DNA from: an uncultured Candidatus Rokubacteria bacterium
GTDB taxonomy: Bacteria; Methylomirabilota; Methylomirabilia; Rokubacteriales; DASRDR01
Length of the DNA stretch: 64,000 nt
Direction of reading: 5' to 3'
NCBI GenBank assembly: GCA_963708025.1
Contig: CAVPSB010000031.1
Coordinates: 96,001 to 160,000 of the forward strand
A model generated the notes under the pieces. It was not told the origin of the DNA, searched no databases, and saw only the letters and a program-made list of their open reading frames with translations. Below, piece after piece: positions 39,358 to 50,349 of the stretch. Every line of letters begins with the position of its first letter. Within the stretch, counting starts at the first letter, position 1. The position numbers and the translations under genes were made by a program.

Positions 39358-42300
39358 ATGGCGCGGCTCACGCTGACGCTGCTCGGGGGGTTCGAGGGCC
39401 GGCTCGACGAGAGCCATCCCCTCTCGCTGTCCGCCCGCAAGGCCTGGGCGCTCCTCGCCTACCTCGCCGTGCCGCCCGGCCGGGCGCACCCCCGGGACAA
39501 ACTGGCCGCGCTGCTCTGGGGCGGAGTTCCCGAGCCCCAGGCCCGGACGAGTCTCCGCCAGGCGCTCTTCGCTCTCCGGCGCGCCCTGGGCGAGGCCGCC
39601 CCCCTCCTGGTGATGGAAGGCGAGGGCGTGAGCCTGGCCGCGCCGGGCGTGGCGGTGGACGCGGTCCGCTTCGAGCAGGGGCTGGGCGCCGACGGTCGGG
39701 TCCCGCTCGAATCCGCGGTCGAGCTCTACCGGGGAGACTTGCTCGCCGGCCTGGCCGTGGACGAGCCGCCCTTCGAGGAGTGGCTCATGGCGCAGCGCGA
39801 GCGCCTGCGGGAGCTGGCGCTGGAAGGCCTCGCCCGTCTCCTGGCCCGCCAGCGGGCGGCCGGCGCCCTGGAGGCGGGGGTGACACCGCGATCCGCCTGC
39901 TCGCCATCGACCCGCTGCAGGAGGTGGGACACCGCACCCTCATGCGGCTCTATGCCGCGCTCGGCCGCCGTGGCGACGCGCTCCGCCAGTACCGGGAGTG
40001 CGTCGCCGTGCTCGCGCGCGAGCTAGAGGCGGAGCCCGAGGCAGAGACGCGACACCTGTACCAGGAGATCCTGCGCGAGAGGCTCGGCCGACCGTCCCGG
40101 GCCGACCGTGACCGGACGGCGGCCGACCCGCTCACGACGCCGCGTCGCGACCTTGCGCCACTGGCGTCGGGGCTCACGGAGGTGCCGCTCGTGGGCCGAG
40201 CGGCCGAGCTCGATCTTCTCCGGGCGGCGCTCGACACGGCCTGGGCGGGGCATCCGCGGCTCTTCCTCGTGCGGGGCGAGGCGGGGATCGGCAAGAGCCG
40301 GCTGATCGCCGAGGGGACCACCGGAGCGGTGCGCCGAGGGGGCCGGGTCCTCGTCGGCCAGTGCCACGAGAGCGAACAGGCCTTGCCGTTCGGCCCCTGG
40401 GTTGACCTCCTGCGAACGGCGCTGGCCGAGCTCGGCCCCCAGCTCGCCGGCCTGGCCCCCGCCTGGCGGGTCGAGCTGGCGCGGCTCCTCCCGGAGCTGA
40501 GCGACGCGGCGGCGTCGCCGCCCGAAGGTCCGGCCCACCACCGGCGCCTCTTCGAGGCCGTGGCGACATTCGCCCACACCCTGGCGCGGTCACGGCCCCT
40601 CGTCCTGGTCCTGGAGGACCTCCACTGGGCCGACGAGCCGAGCCTCCGGCTCGCGGTCTCCCTCTGCCGCCGTCTCGGAGACGCGCCCGTCCTCGTCGTG
40701 GCGAGCGTCCGCGAGGAAGACCTGGCCGACACGCCCGAGCGCGCCCACGTGCTCGACCTCGTCACGGAGGCGGCGGCGACGGTGACCCTCGGGCCGCTCT
40801 CCCGTCCCGATATCGCCCGCCTGGTCGCGGCGCTCGGCCGGCGCGGGGCCGACGTGATGACCACGAGCCAGCTGGCCGACCGCGTGTGGGCCGTGAGCGA
40901 GGGGCATCCGCTCATGGCCGTCGAGGCCACCCGGGCCTACGGGGCCGAGCCGGAGGCCCCCGGGGCCGGGCCGGAAGCCCCCGCGGCCAGGCTGGCGCTC
41001 CCCGAGCGCATCCACGACCTCGTCGTGCGGCGCCTTCGCCGGGTGAGCGACGCCGGCCGCGCCGTTCTCGCGGGGGCGGCGGTCGCCGGACGCCCGGTCG
41101 ACTTCGCGGTCCTGCAGCAGGCGGCCGGTCTCGCCGAGGCGGATGCCGCGGCGGCCGTCGAGGAGCTCGTGCGGCGCCGGCTCCTGCGCGAGGTCGGCGA
41201 GGGGCTCGTGCTCACGCACGACCGCGTGCGAGAGGTGGTGTACGGGGGGCTCCTCGCCCCGCGGCGGCGGCTGCTGCACCGGCGGGTGGCCGAGGCCCTC
41301 GAGGCCCAGGTCAGCGGGCGCACCGAGCCGCACGCGCTCGCGCTCGGCCGCCACTTCGAGGCAGCGGAAGCGTGGGACAAGGCCGCCCGGTACCTGCGCC
41401 AGGCGGGGCTCGACGCCTTCGCCCGGGGCGCCAGCCGCGAGGCGGCGCAGTCGCTCGAGCGGGCGCTCGGGGCGGCGGAGCGGCTTCCGGCCGGCCGGCC
41501 CCGCCAGGAGCAGCTGATCGATCTCCGGCTCGACCTGCGCCTGGCGCTGGCCCCGCTGGGCGAGGTCGAGCGCGTCCTCCGGTACCTGGAGGAGGCCCGC
41601 AGCCTCGCCACGACCCTGGGGGACGCGCGCCGGTCGGCGCGCGCCAGCGTGCTGATGAGCTACTGCTTCCACTGGATGGGCCAGCCGGCCCGCGGCCTCG
41701 AGTCGGCCCGCCAGGCCCTGGCGATCGCGTCCGACCTGGACGACCGGGTCCTCGCCATCGAGGCCAGCTACCACCTCGGCCAGACGGCCATCCCCCTCGG
41801 GCGCTTCCGCGACGCGCTCGAGGCGCAGCAGAAGGTCCTCGCGCTCCTCGAAGGCGCCGGGGGCGATGTCCGCCTGAGTCTCCCCTACCGGCCCGCCGTC
41901 GCGTGCCGGATCTACATCGGCCTCTGCCTCGGCTTCCTGGGGGAGTTCGCGGACGCCGGCGTGTCCCGGCAGGAGGGGCTCCGGCTGGCGGAATCGGTGG
42001 ACCACGTGAACACCCGCGCGTTCGCGCTCCAGGGTGCCGGGTGGCTCGCCCTGATCCAGGGCGAGGCGCTCGAGGCGATCCCGCCGCTCGAGCGGGCCCT
42101 CGAGATCTGCACCCGGTTCGACATCGTCCCGACGTGGCCGGTGGCCGCCACGCTGCTCGGCTGGGCGTACGCCCTGACCGGACGACCGCCGGAGGGCATC
42201 GCGCTCGTCGAGGAAGCCGAGCAGCGGAGCGCCCGACTCCGGCTGGAGCTCGTCCACGGCGGAGCCCTGGCCGCACTGTCCGAGGCCTATCTCCTGGGCG

Positions 42301-42654
42301 ACCGCCGGGCCGACGCGCAGGCGGCCAGCCAGCGCGCCCTCGAGGCGGCGCGGGCTCACCAGCAGCGGTGGCAGGAGGCCGAAGCGCTCAGGGTCCGGGG
42401 CGACATCGTGGCGGCCGGAGCGGCCGGGCTCGAGGCGGATTCCTGGTACGGGGAGGCCCTGGCGCTGGCCTCGACGCTCGGCATGGCGCCCCTCGTGGCG
42501 CGGTGCCGGTTCGCGCGCGCGATGCTGCTCCGCCGGGAGGGGCACGAGGAAGACGCGCAGGCAGAGATGGAGGCCGCACGCCAGTCGTTCCGACGCATGG
42601 GCATGAAGACCTGGCTGGAGCGGACGGAGGCGACCCTCATCGGGGGAGCGCTGA
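39358..42654 (+). CDS. SARP/BTAD - AAA(STAND) ATPase - TPR transcriptional regulator (copy 1; frameshift near 39880)
   Basis: LTLLGGF, ALLAYLA, RDKLAALLW, LYRGDLL, DPLQE..HR.LMRLY, GEAGIGKS Walker A, LEDLHWAD Walker B, THDRVREV. Confidence 0.88.
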
Positions 42655-42656
42655 TC

Positions 42657-44285
42657 GTGACGGGACCCGTCCCCATCGACCGCCGGAGCTGGCTGAGGCT
42701 CGCCGGAGCGGCCGCCGCGGCTTGTTCGGTCGGCGCCACCGCGAGCCCGACGCCGAAGCGCGGCGGCGTGTTCCGCCTCCGCGGCGAGGACCCGACGACC
42801 GGCTTCGACCCGCATCGGACCGTCTCCTTCCGGACGTTGACCACGCTGTCCCTGACGCACAGCCGGCTGGTGAAGGTGAAGGCCGGGACGGGCGTCGCCC
42901 CCGGGACCGTGCCGCTGGAGCCGGACCTGGCCGAGTCGTGGACGCGACCCGACGACAGGACCTATCTCTTCCGGCTCCGCCGCGGCGCCCGCTGGCATCC
43001 GAAGCCCCCGGTGAACGGCCGGGAAGTGACCGCGGAGGACGTCAAGTACACCTACGATCGCTTCCGCGCGATCACCGGGAATCCTGCCCGGAGCCTGCTG
43101 GATCCGGTGGAGAAGATCGAGGCGCTCGACCGGTACACGGTCCGGTTCGTCCTCACGGAGCCCTTCGCGTGGTTCCTGGACGTGCTCGCGTCCACCTCGA
43201 TGTGGATCGTGCCGAAGGAGGCCGTCGACCACTGGGGCGACCTCCGGCGCGCGGAGGCGTGCGTCGGCACCGGACCCTGGATGCTCGAGCGCTACGAGCC
43301 CGGCGTCCGGCTCACCTTCGCGCGGAACCCGCATTACTTCCTCGCGGACCTCCCGTACGCCGACGCCGTCGAGGTGACCGTGGACGCCGATCCCGCGTCC
43401 AGGCTGGCGGCATGGCTGGCGGGGCAGTACGACTTCGCGCCCGAATACGACATGGTCGTGCGTCGCGTCGATCTCGACCTCGTCCAGCGCCGGAAGCCGG
43501 GGCTCCAGACCGCGGAGTTCGTCTGGCTCGTGGGCGCGCTGGGCGCCCTTCGCCTGGATCGAGAGCCGTTCAAGGACCTGCGCGTCCGGCAGGCGCTGGC
43601 CCTCGCCGGCAACTGGAGGGAGGGGCTCGACGCCAACGCGTTCGCCCAGGGCCACGGTGTTCCCAACCCCGCGGTTCCGGCAGCCTTCCGGGAGTGGTCC
43701 ATTCCCATCGACCAGCTTCCCGCCGCCGGCCGTCGGGTCTACGAGCAGAGCCTCCCCGAGGCCCGGCGGCTTCTGGTCGAGGCCGGCTACCCGAACGGGC
43801 TGAAGATCCCGGTCGAGACCACGGCCGGCTACGGCCCCGACTACATGGACCTGGTGCAGGTCCTGCTGAAGAACTGGAAGGCGGCGGGTGTCGAGGCCGA
43901 CCTGCGGCTGAAGGAGTACGGCGCGTTCCTGGCGAGCGCCGTCTTCGGGAAATTCGACGCGCTGGCCCTCAGCCTGCTCGGCGCCTGGACGGAGCCCGAC
44001 AGCTATCTCTACCGGCTCCACATGCCGGGTCAGCCGACGAACGCGAGCGGTGTCGACGACCCGAGGCTCAGCGAGATGATCCGCCTTCAGCGCCGCGCCT
44101 TCGACCCGGCGCGGCGCCGCCAGATCCTGTACGACATCCAGCGCTACCTCTCCGAGCGGGTGTACTACCTCTACGACGCCTCGATCAGCGTCGTGGCCGC
44201 CTGGGAGCCATACGTCAGGAACTTCGCCCCGAACTTCGGCCACGACTACGGGGGGCGGCTGATGGTCGCGTGGCTCGACCGATAG
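42657..44285 (+). CDS. ABC transporter substrate-binding protein, family 5 (peptide/nickel), Tat signal; in frame with the upstream regulator
   Basis: DRRSWLRL Tat-like leader, PKRGG, PDLAESW, TAEDVKYT, VGTGPW, LL.EAGYPNG. Confidence 0.88.
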   Translation: MTGPVPIDRRSWLRLAGAAAAACSVGATASPTPKRGGVFRLRGEDPTTGFDPHRTVSFRTLTTLSLTHSRLVKVKAGTGVAPGTVPLEPDLAESWTRPDDRTYLFRLRRGARWHPKPPVNGREVTAEDVKYTYDRFRAITGNPARSLLDPVEKIEALDRYTVRFVLTEPFAWFLDVLASTSMWIVPKEAVDHWGDLRRAEACVGTGPWMLERYEPGVRLTFARNPHYFLADLPYADAVEVTVDADPASRLAAWLAGQYDFAPEYDMVVRRVDLDLVQRRKPGLQTAEFVWLVGALGALRLDREPFKDLRVRQALALAGNWREGLDANAFAQGHGVPNPAVPAAFREWSIPIDQLPAAGRRVYEQSLPEARRLLVEAGYPNGLKIPVETTAGYGPDYMDLVQVLLKNWKAAGVEADLRLKEYGAFLASAVFGKFDALALSLLGAWTEPDSYLYRLHMPGQPTNASGVDDPRLSEMIRLQRRAFDPARRRQILYDIQRYLSERVYYLYDASISVVAAWEPYVRNFAPNFGHDYGGRLMVAWLDR

Positions 44286-44430
44286 GCCGCTGGCGATAGC
44301 CGGCCGCTGGTCCATCCCGGCCGCCAGCCGTCGAGGATCGCGAAGCGTCGCCGTCCCGAGGCATGGTCCCGGGACGCCCCGCGGCCCCTGCCTGAGCACT
44401 TCTCGCCTACCTTGCCGTTGCCGCCCGGCC

Positions 44431-44993
44431 GGGCGCTTCCCTAGACGCTCGAGATCTGCCGGGCCCTGTGGTGCTGCGACGGTGTCGGCTTCGCGGGCCG
44501 GCACTTCAAAAAGCACGACGTCACCATGGAGCCGAAGCCGCACCGCCCCGGCGGGCCGCCCATCTGGATCGGCGGCAGCGGCCCCACCGCGCTCCGCGAG
44601 GCCGCGCGCTTCGACGCCTGGTCCCCCACCGGCCCCGGCGTCGAGTACTTCGCCGAGCACTTCCCCGGCGTCCAGGCCGCCGCCCGCGCCGCCGGCCGCC
44701 CTGCCGACGCCGTGACCGGCGCGGCCTACGTCACGCTCGCCCTCGACCCCAGCCCCGCGGCCGCCGAGCAGCGGCTTCACGCCTTCCTGGAGACCTACTA
44801 CGCGGTGCCGGCACGCGCGATCATGGCCCGCCAGGCCACCTACGCCGGGCCGATCGAGGGCTGCGCCGAGTGGCTCCAGCGCTGGATCGACACCGGCTGC
44901 AGCCACTTCTGCCTCCGCTTTGCCGGCGGCGACCAGCTCGCCCAGGTGGACGAGACGGCCTCCCGGCTCCTCCCGCGGCTGCGCTCGCGCTAA
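44431..44993 (+). pseudogene. 3' partial duplicate of the LLM oxidoreductase (33158-33712)
   Basis: Near-identical DNA and protein (MEPKPHR..GPPIWIGG...RLLPRLR); 5' half absent. Confidence 0.85.
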
Positions 44994-45138
44994 GCGCGAT
45001 CACGGCGTCCGGGGCTCGTGTGTTGGCGGCGGCGCCAGGGTCGGGCTGGTTGCTCCTCGTCCTCTTGCCGACCCCGCATGTCGGCTTCCCGCAGGGCAGG
45101 GGACACGAAACGAGTGAATGATGTAAGATTTCGGGCGG

Positions 45139-45489
45139 ATGAGCCCTCTCCATCACGATGCAGCACAAGGGGACCTCCTCCGGCAGGTCAGGGACCGGAT
45201 CATGACCGCGGACGGTCGTGCCGTGCGCCGGCTGATCCTCTTCGGATCCCGTGTCCGTGGCGATGCGAGACCGGACAGCGACTATGACATCCTCGTGCTG
45301 GTGACCGGCATGGACGCGGCGCAGCGCTCGGCGTTCGCGTCCAGGCTCTACCGGGCGATGGAAGGCCTCGGCGTCAGCGTCGAGCCGTGGGTGATGAGCG
45401 AGCAGGAGTTCGAGGAGAGCAAGACGGTCGTCGGCGGTCTGGCCCATCCGGCGTGGAAGGAAGGAGTCGTCTTCCATCCGGACGCCTGA
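45139..45489 (+). CDS. Minimal nucleotidyltransferase (MNT) domain protein
   Basis: LILFGSRVRGDARPDSDYDILV; C-terminal KEGVV. Confidence 0.88.
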   Translation: MSPLHHDAAQGDLLRQVRDRIMTADGRAVRRLILFGSRVRGDARPDSDYDILVLVTGMDAAQRSAFASRLYRAMEGLGVSVEPWVMSEQEFEESKTVVGGLAHPAWKEGVVFHPDA

Positions 45490-45507
45490 GCAAGTCCGGT
45501 GGGACTA

Positions 45508-45822
45508 GTCCTGGGGCTGGGCGACCCGATCGTCTACACCCGGCCGCTGGAGCGGCTGGGACTCGCGCCCGCGACGCTCGACGCCGGGCTGCGCGCCCGA
45601 CTGGACCCGGCGATCTTCGGCCTGATGGAAGGGCGCGCCGACACCGCCTCGGCGGCCATCGCCCGCGAGGCGGTCGCCACGCTCCGCGCGCGCGGCGTCG
45701 ACGGGATCATCCTCGGCTGCACCGAGATCCCCCTGCTGCTCCAGGACGCCGCCGACGCACCGGACCTGATCGACCCGGCCCAGCTCCTCGTTGACGCCGC
45801 GCTCCGCCACGCCTTGACGTGA
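45508..45822 (+). pseudogene. 3' partial duplicate of the racemase (from 34113); similarity continues into downstream DNA to ~45903
   Basis: VLGLGDPIVYTRPLERLG...GCTEIPLLL nearly identical to the first copy. Confidence 0.85.
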
Positions 45823-45982
45823 CCCGGCGGCCGCCGCCCCGGGAGCGGGCATGGCGTCCTTCCGTGTGACGCGGTGAAGCTCTCGGTCTGGCGGCCTTGC
45901 GCGGGCGGCGGGCGACGCCTCTAGCTGCTAGCGGACCTCGGTCCTCGCCTTCTACTGCCAGGAACGGTGAGCGGGATATGGG

Positions 45983-46609
45983 CTACCCCTGGCCCTCGGC
46001 TGGCGTTCGCGCCCTCTCCACGAGCCGCACCAGTACCTCGTAGGGCTGCGCGCCCACGACGCCCCAGCGGCCGGCGACGAAGGTCGGCACGCCGCTGATC
46101 CCGAGCTCGCGCGACAGCGCCCAGTCGGCATCGATGGCTGCCTCGAACGTCCGCCGCTCCAGCACCTCGCGCGCGGCCTCGACCGGGAGGCCGACGCGCT
46201 CGGCGATCTCCAGCAGCACCGCGGGCTTCGAGATGTCGCGGGCCTCCACGAAGTAGGCGCGGAAGAGTGCCTCGTGGATGGCCTCGCCGCCCGGCTGCGT
46301 GTCGGCCCACTTGCCCAGCTCCTGCGCCAGCCGGCTGTTGTACGTCATCGTGCGCTCGCCGTAGGGAAGGTCCTCGGCGTCCATGCGCGCCTTCATCTGG
46401 GCGTGCATGGCCTGCCGGTCCAGGTTGCGTCCCGCGAAGAGGTCGTCCAGGGAGCGGCCTTCCGCCGGGGTGTCCGGGTGCAGCGGGAAGTGCACCCACT
46501 CGACCTTCACGCCGTGCTCGGCCTTGAGCCTCTCAATACGCACGGTACTGAGATAGCACCAGGGTCAGACGTAGTCGGTGAAGACCTTCAGCGTGACCGG
46601 CTCGCTCAT
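45983..46609 (-). CDS. DsbA/FrnE-family oxidoreductase, probable selenoprotein (UPWC; UGA at 46565-46567)
   Basis: GAGGAGG RBS + ATG 46609; MSEPVTLKVFTDYV-TGA-PWCY in frame with FPLHPDTP...GISGVPTF. Confidence 0.85.
46531..46553 (-). promoter_or_regulatory. Putative bacterial SECIS hairpin
   Basis: UCUCAGUAC-CGUGC-GUAUUGAGA, 9-bp stem with a G-containing loop 20 nt after the UGA. Confidence 0.7.
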
Positions 46610-46635
46610 GAGGCCTCCTCTGGGGCCGGAGAGGA

Positions 46636-47985
46636 TCAGCCCAGGAGCAGCTCGCACACCTCGAGCCACGCCTGGGTGGTCAGCGCGAGCGACTCCACGT
46701 CCACGCGCTCGTCGTTCCCGTGGAACCGCCCGCCCATCGCCTCGGCGGTCAGGGCCCGTGAGAAGAGGCCGAAGCCGTAGGCGATCGCGCCCCGATCGCG
46801 GAAGTAGGGCGCATCGGTGAAGCCGACGATCATCTTCGGCAGGAGGCGGGCGCCCGGGTAGTGCGCGTCCACCACCCGGCCCAGCACGTCCCACAGCGGG
46901 GTACCGGTGGGCGACACCGAGGCCGGCTTGGAGAAGAGCCGCTCGACCTCGACCTCCTCGGCCAGGCCGCCGAGGGCCTTGTCGAGGTGCCGGCGCACCT
47001 CGTCCTCGCTGTCGCCGGGGACGGTGCGGATGTCCACCTCCACGTCGACCGTGTCCGGGATCACGTTGGTCTTGACCCCGCCGTGGCAGACGTTCGGCGA
47101 GAGCGTCGTGTGGGTGGCCGACCACGCGAGCCGGGCCAGGCGCGGGTCGAGCCCGGCGATCGCCTCGTCGACGCGGGAGGGGTCGGCCAGGGCGGCCTTC
47201 GTGGCCGGGTCGAGGTGGAGCGTGTCGACGAAGGCCCGCCACAGCTCGTCGACATAGGGCGCCGGGCGGTAGTCGGCCAGGCGGCTCACCACCCGGGCGG
47301 CCTTCACCAGCGCGTTGTTCGCGCCGTACGGCATCGAGCCGTGGCCGGGCGTGCCCTTCACCCGGAGCCGCCGCCAGGCGACGCCCTTCTCGCCGACGTG
47401 CACGGTGACGGCGAGCTCGCCGGTCGCGCCGCGGCTCACCGTTCCCCCGTTCTCGGTGAGGCAGTAGTCGGCCCGGAGAGCGTCCCAGTGCCGCTCGCAC
47501 ACGTAGCCGGCCCCCAGCGTGCCGCCGGCCTCCTCGTCGGCGCAGGCGAGGTAGACGAGCGAGCCGCGCGGCCGCCAGCCGGCGGGCCGGCGGGCCAGGG
47601 CGCGGAGCGCGACGGCCTGGGAGGCGGTGATGTTGAGCATGTCCACCGCGCCGCGGCCCCACACCTCGCCGTCGACCAGCTCGCCGCCGAACGGATCGCG
47701 GGTCCAGGCCTTCGGGTTCACCGGCACGACATCGGTGTGGCCCATCAGGCACAGCGTGGGCGCCGTGGGGTCGCTCCCCTCGATCCGGGCGACCAGGCTC
47801 CCGCGGCCGGGGGCGTGAGGCGGCTGGTACACCTCGATGTCGAGGCCGCTGCCTTCCAGGTAGCTCCTCAGGGTGTCGCTGTTGCGCGACTCCTGGCCCG
47901 ACGGGAGGGTGCCGTCGTTGACACACTGGTTGCGAATCAGCTGCTGGAGCAACTCGACGGTCTGGCCGGTCAATGCGTCGTCCAT
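46636..47985 (-). CDS. M20/M25/M40 metallo-hydrolase (acylaminoacyl peptidase-like)
   Basis: GHTDVVP, WGRGAVDM, ADEEAGG, HGSMP, GFTDA, HGNDER. Confidence 0.92.
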   Translation of the reverse strand: MDDALTGQTVELLQQLIRNQCVNDGTLPSGQESRNSDTLRSYLEGSGLDIEVYQPPHAPGRGSLVARIEGSDPTAPTLCLMGHTDVVPVNPKAWTRDPFGGELVDGEVWGRGAVDMLNITASQAVALRALARRPAGWRPRGSLVYLACADEEAGGTLGAGYVCERHWDALRADYCLTENGGTVSRGATGELAVTVHVGEKGVAWRRLRVKGTPGHGSMPYGANNALVKAARVVSRLADYRPAPYVDELWRAFVDTLHLDPATKAALADPSRVDEAIAGLDPRLARLAWSATHTTLSPNVCHGGVKTNVIPDTVDVEVDIRTVPGDSEDEVRRHLDKALGGLAEEVEVERLFSKPASVSPTGTPLWDVLGRVVDAHYPGARLLPKMIVGFTDAPYFRDRGAIAYGFGLFSRALTAEAMGGRFHGNDERVDVESLALTTQAWLEVCELLLG

Positions 47986-48197
47986 GACGGTATCCTAGCC
48001 AGCGGCGGCCGCGCTGTCGAGGGCGGGGTCAGGCCCGCTCGAAGAGCGCCTGGACCGAGACGATGCGGTGCTCCTCGCGATTCCCGGGTGGCGCGGTGGC
48101 ACGTGGGCTCCGCGTCCATCGCGCCATCCTAACGCGGATCGTCAGCCAGGCCACCCTCGCCGCCGCAGGCCTTCCCTCCCCACCGGAGCGCCGGGAG

Positions 48198-49834
48198 CTA
48201 CGCGCCGTTGCTCAGCCGGTCCCGCCCCAGGATGTGATCCATGCAGCGCTCGGCGAGCGCGCCGATGGTGAACGACGGATTGGCGAGGCCGGTGGACCCT
48301 TCGATCAGGGCGCCGTCCACCACGTACAGGCCGGGGTAGCGCTTCACCCGCCCGTCGAGATCGCAGGCCTTGCCCAGGACGGCGCCGCCGAGCGGGTGCG
48401 CGGACACGAACGGGTTGATCGAGAGCGTCAGCGATCCATTGCGCGCGTCCAGGACCGCGAGGGTCCGCTGCGCCGCGGCCAGGAAGTTCGCCAGCCGGGG
48501 ATCGGCGGCGGGCCAGTTCAGGTCGACGGCATCGGCGGCGGGGTCGTAGGCGAACGAGCCGATCGCGGGCGGGATGCCCAGGCTCGCGTAGTTGGCGAAG
48601 TGCGGCGGCGCGCCGACGGCCGAGAGCGCGGCGTTGATGTGCGGGGGCAGCACGAGCTCGACGAGGCTGGTGGGCCCGAACGGGTTGTCGAGGTCCTCCA
48701 GGATGAAGTGCCCGGCGGGGCCGCCCGTCCCCGCGTTGGTCGGCGGCAGGAGGCCCCGCGTCACGGGCAGGTCGCCGTTGGCCGCCCAGTGCTGTCCGAC
48801 GTGGTCGTTCAGCGCCGGCAGCGCCCCCGTGGCCCGCGCGCGGACGAGCAGGCTCGACGTGCCGACGGAGCCCGCGGCGAGGAACAGGTACTTGCACACC
48901 AGGCGCCGGGGCGCGCCCACGACGTCCCCGTCGTCGCTGAGCCGGAGCGTCGTCACCACGTAGCGGCCGCCGTGACCCCGCTCGATCGCGACCACGCTGG
49001 TGCAGGGGCAGGATCTCGACGTGGCCGGTCGCCTCGGCCCGGGCGAGGTAGTTGCGATCGAGGCTGCGCTTGGCCCCGCTGTTGAGCCCGTAGAACGACT
49101 GCCCGGCGATGGCGGAGGGGATCCGCCGGCCGGCGATCTCGTCGCGCACGATGTCCCAGTCGACGGCCAGGTCGACCGGGCGCGTCGGGAATCCCGCCGT
49201 CCGGGCCTGGTCCAGGCTCACCCGGCTGGAGCGGTAGTACTCCGTCGCCAGGATGTCGTCGGGAATGGGCGCCGAGCGAATGATCCCCTTGACGCGCGGG
49301 TAGTACACGTCCTCCATCTCGTCGAAGTCGATCGCCCGCGGGAAGAGCGCGCTCGAAGAGCTCGCGCCGCGGCTTCACGATGATGGCGTTGAAGACGAGC
49401 GAGCCGCCGCCCACGCCCGCGCCGGCGCCGACGTAGATGCCGTTGCCTTCGGTGACGCCGTTGCCCTCGATGACCTCGAGGACGCCGACGTACCGGTCGA
49501 TGGGCTTCACGAGCTGGGGCAGGCCCAGGATCGCCTCGCCGGTGCGGTCGCGCAGCCAGTAGGCGCGCCCGTCGGGCTGCTCGAACGTCGCGAAGGTGTC
49601 GCCGTCGCGCCGGATCGGCCAGCGCCGGCCCCGCTCGAGCACGACGGTGTCGATGCCGGCGTGCCCGAGCCTCAGCGCGGCGACCGCGCCGCCGAACCCG
49701 CTGCCGATGACGACGGCGGGAACGAAGTCGGAGTGGCGTGCCCACGCCCGGTGGCTGGAGCCGACGAGGCCGGCGCCGGCCGCCGCGAGAATTCCGCCTC
49801 GCAGGAACTGGCGCCTCGAGAGGTCCCTGGACAT
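48198..49834 (-). CDS. Tat-exported cholesterol-oxidase-like GMC oxidoreductase (copy 2; frameshifts near 49340 and 48995)
   Basis: Near-identical to copy 1 at DNA level. Confidence 0.85.
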
Positions 49835-49860
49835 GGCGTGTCCCCCTTGCTTCCCGTCGG

Positions 49861-50135
49861 TCATGGCCGATGGGCGTCCTCGATGATCCCGTCGAGCAGC
49901 TCGGCGGGGTCGGAGATCAGCATGCCGTGCACCGCGTCCGGCCCGGACACCTCGACGAGCCCGGTTCGCCGGCGCCGTCAGGTACTCGTAGAGCAGGGCC
50001 TGCTCCTCGGGGCGGATGATGACGTCCTGCTCGAAGCCGACGACCCGCAGCGTGGTCCGGGCGTGAGGGGCGAAGATCCGGGCCTCGATCGACGGGCGGG
50101 CCAGAGGCGGCGCGCCGACCAGGGCAAGCGCGGGA
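49861..50135 (-). pseudogene. C-terminal gene remnant (copy 2)
   Basis: Homologous to 37018-37290. Confidence 0.45.
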
Positions 50136-50333
50136 GGGGTCAGGCTTTGACTTCTTGACACTTCGAGGAACCCGAGGGGAGGTCGGCAGGCCGCCTGCCG
50201 GGCGGAGGTGGTCCCGGTGCGGCGGCCGCGAGGGTCTCCTCACTGGCTCGCCCCGGACATGCGGCACCACGCAAACTGGCCGCGTGCCCGTTCAGCGGCA
50301 GACGCCATTGGTCAGAAGTCAAAGCCTGACCCC
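50136..50333. mobile_element. MITE/REP-like element with 20-bp terminal inverted repeats (copy 2)
   Basis: ggggtcaggctttgacttct ... agaagtcaaagcctgacccc. Confidence 0.7.
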
Positions 50334-50349
50334 ATCCTGCGGCCAGTCG

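Noticed and set aside
40590-44906. 1438-aa minus-strand ORF (also 16910..19765 and many other long overlapping ORFs)
   Set aside because: Antisense shadows of real genes, typical of very high GC DNA; no domain motifs
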